A model generated the notes under the pieces. That model did not search any database. It was not told where the DNA came from and was given only the letters and a program-made list of their open reading frames with translations. The translations under genes were made by a program, and so were the position numbers. A stretch of 39,760 bases of DNA from Macrostomum lignano (Eukaryota), in the NCBI GenBank assembly GCA_002269645.1, contig NIVC01004642.1, positions 1-39,760 on the forward strand, in the 5' to 3' direction. This document shows positions 34,276 to 39,760 of this stretch, piece after piece. The first letter of the stretch is position 1, and every line of letters starts with the position of its first letter.

Positions 34276-34939
34276 CTATAGGGCCAACGCGTGCGATGGG
34301 ATGAGAGACAGAAAAACGGCCGTGCACTCAAACTCTCTTATTTTTGTTCAGCTTTTGAGCAGCGCTTGTGTGGGTGAAAGAAGGTCTGACAGTTTAAACA
34401 GTGCCAGGGTCAACAACCGAGTGTTTAGCTACGCGAATTCTTTTCTTTTTGCCCTCGCAGTGACTTGAATTTTTTAGTTGACCTAAACCTACACCTATAT
34501 CTACTGATGTGCATGCATAGTTTTTTTTATTCAGCGCAAGACAAAGAGCTAGATTCGGTCTTTTTCAAAAGAGTAAACAAGACTAACATTTTGTGCTGTA
34601 TCTACAGATGCAATTTCGTAAATGCACATGCATGCGCATATTTTATACCGTATCCACTTTTTATATAATTTAAACAAAAACTCGACTGTTTTTCAAAAAG
34701 TAAACAAGGCTTTGTTTGTGCTTGTGCTTGCTGGATTATGAAGGCTTCAGCCTCTCTTATGTAGGCTTAGTTTTTTGGCTTTTGTGTTTGCATTGTTGTT
34801 CTCTCTGAAGTATTACTGGCTACTTAAAATATACTTGAAGATAATACAAACTAGCTATTAGAGAACGCAGGAATTATATCACTCGATCAGTTACTTGTTT
34901 TGGGTAATAAAATAGGCTTTTAGTTAAATGAAAGTTGAA

Positions 34940-35465
34940 TGAGTGGCCTAGGTAATAAAATAGGATCTCTGTTAAATGATTTGGTCTGCTAAGATAATAA
35001 AATAGGGTCTCCGTTGAATGATTTTGTTAGCCTGGGTAATAAAATAGGGTCTCCGTTGAATGATTTTGTTAGCCTGGGTAATAAAATAGGGTCTCCGTTG
35101 AATGATTTGGTTAGCCTGGGTAATAAAATAGGGTCTCCGTTGAATGATTTTGTTAGCCTGGGTAATAAAATAGGGTCTCCGTTGAATGATTTGGTTAGCC
35201 TGGGTAATGAAAGAGACTCTCCTTTGAATGATTTTGTTAGCCTGGGTAATAAAATAGGATCTCTGTTAAATGATTTGGTCAGCTAAGATAATAAAATAGG
35301 GTCTCCGTTGAATGATTTTGTTAGCCTGGGTAATAAAATAGGGTCTCCGTTGAATGATTTGGTTAGCCTGGGTAATGAAAGAGACTCTCTTTTGAATGAT
35401 TTTGTTAGCCTGGGTAATAAAATAGGGTCTCCGTTAATTGAATGATTTGGGTGGCCTGGGTAATA
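34940..35465. repeat. 42-bp minisatellite (GGTAATAAAATAGGGTCTCCGTTGAATGATTTTGTTAGCCTG), about 12 copies
   Basis: Tandem units; source of the NDFVSLGNKIGSPL ORF at 35014-35286. Confidence 0.97.
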
Positions 35466-35775
35466 AAATGGGCAAGCTTATATAATAATTTTTTAAAGTT
35501 GGCTGACGTTGGTTTGATAAGACTGTCAAACTGAACTCTCATAGAACATGCTTAGAAAAGATAGATTCAATGCTTCAACAAAATCAAACAAGACGACAAA
35601 TCCTATTTCGATGTGTGATTGGTTGGATTGACAGATCAGCCAACAAGAATTCCTGCACAGCCAATAACTGAGCACTATAGATAAGCTATATGTTTTTGCT
35701 AACATGTAAAGCTGAATGGATAAAGTTAAACCGCCAACTTTCGAAACAACACATTCACTGCTTATAGGCACGCTG

Positions 35776-36578
35776 GTAAGTCATTACAGTTAATTAAGTT
35801 CTACAGCAATAATTTGCTGTAGTTTTTTAACCTTGTTACGAGTCTGCGCTAGCCTTATTATTAAATGAAATTATAAAATAAAATATTAAAGTCACACTTT
35901 GCATGGACGTCTTACGATTCAAACTCGTGTTTAAACTACGCTCGAAACTAACTTGTGACTGCGTTTAACGCACAGTTGGTTCATAATACTGCATAACTAT
36001 TAGGTTATTCCGATGCATCTCTTACTTAAAATACTTTGTTGTTGTTGGCTTACTGAAAACGGAATTGTACAGCCAAGATTGTACCATTTTAGATCGGTTT
36101 TTCGCCACTTTGAACTAGATAAACTAGTGTCGACTCTTTAAGGTTTACTAATCAATAGGACTTCTACAGCTGCAGTCCCAGTTCCCGGTTTGTTGCTAAA
36201 TCCGCTTTCCTTTTGATTAAAAGATTTCAAGACAGCTTTCAGTGCGCCTTGGTTTGGCATTGACTTTGGACAACTACATGCCAGGCGCTTGCTTCTATTT
36301 TTGGACAAACATCAGCTCAAGATTAATTAATTAACGCGTCTAAATCCGCGCGGTTTCGATTTGACAAGAGTCCTTGACAATGCGTGAAAATGAAAAAATG
36401 AGTCCGCTGTGCCTGCGTACAAGTATTTATCCATAAAGAACTAAATGCTTATATCCAGCATCTGCAATGTCACCACAACCATAATCATTAGGAATCACCA
36501 CACAATCATCTATTTGAACTTCAAAAACAAATCAATCCAGATGCTCAAGCTCCATACCAACTCACCTTTAATTCACAG
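35776..36578 (+). other. Probable 5' UTR intron of the GPCR gene
   Basis: Consensus donor CTG|GTAAGT at 35776 and acceptor ctttaattcacag ending at 36578, 19 nt before ATG 36598. Confidence 0.5.
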
Positions 36579-36597
36579 ATTTCACTCCAAAACTGCA

Positions 36598-38004
36598 ATG
36601 CTCGAGTCAGGCGGCAAGAATGACAGCAGCGATTTTGTCAAACAAGTGGCCGCCGCCATACGGAATTTCCGTGATTTCGAATCAATCTGTCTGGGCATCG
36701 GTCTCCGGTCCGTCTGCTTGCTGGGCATCGCTGGCAACTTGCTCACAGTTTTAGCCTTCGCTAAGCCCTGCAAGCGACGACAGCGCGGCGGCGTAGCTAG
36801 CGGAGATGGTTTAGGAGGCCGACCAGCAAGGCTGGAGAGCTCCATGTCGCAGTCGCTGATGGCCCTAGCCGTGTCGGATTTGTGCATCTGTTTGAGCTCG
36901 CTGCCGATCAGCAAGACCAGACCGCAATGCTCATCTTTGAGTCTACTTTATTCGCAGATTATTGGCCAGGCTTTCGCCAATATTTTCATGGCGTCTAGCG
37001 TGTGGCTCACTTTAACAATTACGATTTGCCGCTACCTGGCTGTCTGGCGGCCGCTGCAGTCGCGCAACTGGCTCAACCGGAGAAAACTGCGCGTCTCAAT
37101 TGGCATCGTTTTTGTCGCCGCTGTTGTGTTGCATTTCCCTGATTTCTTTAAATACGAAGCGACAATAGACAACTCGACTAATAGTAACTCGTGCTACACT
37201 TTCAACCGGAGGAAAGAGCTGGACCCTGGCATGAAATGGCACGCTTATATTTACTACTGGGCCACTATTTTGCTAGTAAACGCGTTGCCTCTACTCGGCA
37301 TCGTAGTCTGCAACATCCGCCTAATCCTGGCCTACAGGTCCAGTCTGCGACAGCGCAACCAGCTGAACGCCCAGAATGGCAATCAAGAAGATGCTACAAC
37401 GCGTTTGCAAGGCAACGGTGCCGGAGCTGTACAGCAGACAGACAATCTGACACCGTTATTGGTGACCGTCACCTTGCTGTTCCTTGTGCTAATCAGTCCA
37501 GGCCAGATACTCAACCTGCTGTGCAGGAGATACATTAGCAACACTTTGCTCAGCCGCCTCAAGAGCTCCGAATTCGCAGCGATTCGAACATATTATATAC
37601 TGCAGAGACTGACCAGTCTGACAACGCTAAGCCAGGTAACTGGCTGCGCTATTAACTTCATCTTCTACTGCCTGGTGTCCGCCTCGTTCCGCAAATCGCT
37701 GGCCGCCGCCCTGCGCTCGCTGGCAAGCGGACTCTGCTGCTGCTGCCGTCGTCGGGCTCGGAACGAAGCCGCAGGCAGCGGAACTTTCAGCAGAAGCGGC
37801 GTCGCCGTCGCCGTCGGACGCAGAGTTGAAACTGACAACTTCGAGTGCGTCGTCAGGCGCATTGCTGCCGACCAAGAAGTCAACGTCGATTATAATAGCG
37901 CCGTTCTCGATACCAGCGCGCGCACCGCAGTGACGGCGCTCATCGAGCCCGGCATGATCGGACAGGAGGCTGCTGAAAGCTTCGAACTCGACAAAGTGAA
38001 GTAG
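36598..38004 (+). CDS. Class A (rhodopsin-family) peptide GPCR, FMRFamide/myosuppressin/sex-peptide-receptor-like; intronless CDS, 468 aa
   Basis: Seven hydrophobic segments; GNLLTV (TM1), LAVSD (TM2), ICRYLAV (DRY variant), LHFP (TM4), LP (TM5), SP (TM6), NFIFYCLVSASFR (TM7/H8); CCCC palmitoylation cluster; N-glycan site NDS. ATG 36598 chosen because of the acceptor just upstream; the ORF itself is open from 36445. Confidence 0.93.
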   Translation: MLESGGKNDSSDFVKQVAAAIRNFRDFESICLGIGLRSVCLLGIAGNLLTVLAFAKPCKRRQRGGVASGDGLGGRPARLESSMSQSLMALAVSDLCICLSSLPISKTRPQCSSLSLLYSQIIGQAFANIFMASSVWLTLTITICRYLAVWRPLQSRNWLNRRKLRVSIGIVFVAAVVLHFPDFFKYEATIDNSTNSNSCYTFNRRKELDPGMKWHAYIYYWATILLVNALPLLGIVVCNIRLILAYRSSLRQRNQLNAQNGNQEDATTRLQGNGAGAVQQTDNLTPLLVTVTLLFLVLISPGQILNLLCRRYISNTLLSRLKSSEFAAIRTYYILQRLTSLTTLSQVTGCAINFIFYCLVSASFRKSLAAALRSLASGLCCCCRRRARNEAAGSGTFSRSGVAVAVGRRVETDNFECVVRRIAADQEVNVDYNSAVLDTSARTAVTALIEPGMIGQEAAESFELDKVK

Positions 38005-39512
38005 AAGAACCGATCAGCTCGTAGCAGCTGGTTGTCACTAGGTAGGCAAAGGTTATGCACCCTAGCCCAGGTTTGATTGAAAATGAGCAAGACGATTGAC
38101 ATAGAGATTATTCTATAAATACTTCATTTATCATGCAGAATTTGAATTTCTGCAGCCCGTCTAGCTGTAACAATCGTCACTTGAAGTCACGTACCGACTG
38201 AGGCAGCTAAAATTATAATAGGAAATTCTGTATGACTATCACGATTTCTTCGAAAGCTGCAGGTTTTTACTTGTTACAAAAAATTCACTGAGTGAACCCC
38301 TGAGCACGCAAGCGGGCATCTGTTGGTTCGTGCATACATTCTCAACGACAGGCATATACGTCACAAGACTCACAATTAAACCCCCGCGGATACAATCCTT
38401 TGCGCTCATAATCATAGAGAGGCACTCAGTGAGAAGCCAGGGAAGCACTCCAGTGAGGCCATAGAGGTACATAGCAAGAGGCCAGACAAGCACTCAGTGG
38501 GAGGCCGAAAAATCACTCAGTGACTCAGTGGCACACACCGAGTTAAAACCTTGGTACAGTGGCGCGATTCGGACGCGTTAACCACCCCTTATGCTTTAGA
38601 AAACAAGTCTGCATCGAATCAAATTTTCAACAAAAAACCCAGAGCCCTTGCTTTGCTCCGTGTTGAGTGATCTAGATAACGGAGATTTGTGTCAGCTTGA
38701 ACTCGATGTGCAAGAACGAGACAGACCACGATCTGTCACTAGCAAGGCAAAGCTTTTTTCTACACTGATCTGAATTTTTCATCAGCGGATACAGGGTGAG
38801 AAGTGTAACCCAGCTGCTTCAACTGTCAAGCTGCCATCAAGTGTGAATAGATTTGACTAGTTAATAACTTTTATAACCTAACTGCGCTATTAATTTTGAA
38901 ATAACAAAGAAATCCAAATACCACAACAATTGAATATTTAAATAAATAAATTTGCACGCAAGCACCGACTGTGTCTAATGCACCAAGCTACACATTAGAA
39001 AACTGCGGCACACACCACCATTCAGTTTAGCATCGCAGCTTTTAGTGATTTGGTGTTGTATTTGATAGAAAAATAATATATTTATATATACTTGTTCAGA
39101 ACTATTCCTAATGAGAAGTTTTACCCTCGCTGCAGCACATCATGTACTTTTTTAAATAAACATGAATCAAAATGCATTAATTAAAACGAATCAATTGAAA
39201 AATAGACCAAAATGCAAAATACAGTCCTAACTATAAGCGAATATACTTAGAATAGTAATTATTGCGTTAATAATTTCTTTTATGAATGATAAACTGAGTC
39301 AATACAAGTTAGAATTAGCATTTCAACACGGGCTTATTGGGTGTCAAGCAAAAAATCGGACAATAACCTGTCTATACTACTACAGAGCTAGTAGAAAAAA
39401 TAAACGAAGTAATTTAGTAAAATAGATGATAGAAGAAAAGTAAAATATGTCAGATACTACTTGAATATGCATCGCTAGCAGTAGTTTAGATAGTTAGGGG
39501 AAAAAGCTGCAA

Positions 39513-39760
39513 TCAGCGCGACCCGACGCCGGAATCGGATCCAAACAGACAGGCCAGTTTGTCGAATAGTTCCCGCAATTTCTGCACCTCGCGCGGATCA
39601 ATTCGTTCGAGATCTTCGGGACTGAATTTGAACGGATTGACGATCTGCAATTTGGTTGGTCGGCCGCGCGTCGACGAGGCGGCGGCGGCGGCCAACGCGG
39701 CGGCGGCTGCGGCGCCAGCTTGGCGGCCTCGAGCGGTTCGACCGCCTCGAGCTGTTGCCG
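39513..39760 (-). CDS. GC-rich coding segment, probably the last exon of an unidentified gene continuing past the window edge
   Basis: Open frame from the edge: ATARGGRTARGRQAGAAAAAALAAAAASSTRGRPTKLQIVNPFKFSPEDLERIDPREVQKLRELFDKLACLFGSDSGVGSR*. A second frame is also open; family not recognised. Confidence 0.5.
   Translation of the reverse strand, partial: ATARGGRTARGRQAGAAAAAALAAAAASSTRGRPTKLQIVNPFKFSPEDLERIDPREVQKLRELFDKLACLFGSDSGVGSR

Noticed and set aside
38239-38525. 84-aa ORF and repeated CACTCAGTG motifs downstream of the GPCR
   Set aside because: No start context or homology; the short degenerate repeat is too weak to interpret.

Overview
Eukaryotic (animal) genomic DNA, not prokaryotic: GC-rich exons with GT-AG introns sit in an AT-rich background dense with micro- and minisatellites. 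The style is reminiscent of a free-living flatworm such as Macrostomum, but this is inference only. Four protein-coding genes can be supported. (1) A two-exon, 114-aa secreted prepropeptide on the minus strand (7471-6757), absent from the ORF track, ending KR-CRLGRFSCPIG-stop: a candidate disulfide-ring neuropeptide. (2) A complete four-exon steroid-sulfatase-type arylsulfatase (minus, 17707-14217). (3) A plakin-domain gene with at least 11 exons (minus, >=34275-20013), in which the plakin spectrin-repeat/SH3 region is followed by a 5.5-kb exon of 14-aa Q[TS]G repeats instead of the usual rod and C-terminal modules. (4) A class A peptide-type GPCR with an intronless CDS (plus, 36598-38004). 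Also present: an internally deleted Ty3/Gypsy remnant, tRNA-derived SINEs, a minimal hammerhead-ribozyme fold with a core substitution (5821-5866), about 15 tandem arrays, and an unidentified coding segment at the right edge. Most short ORFs in the track are repeat or antisense artefacts. All assignments are from manual reading; no searches were run.
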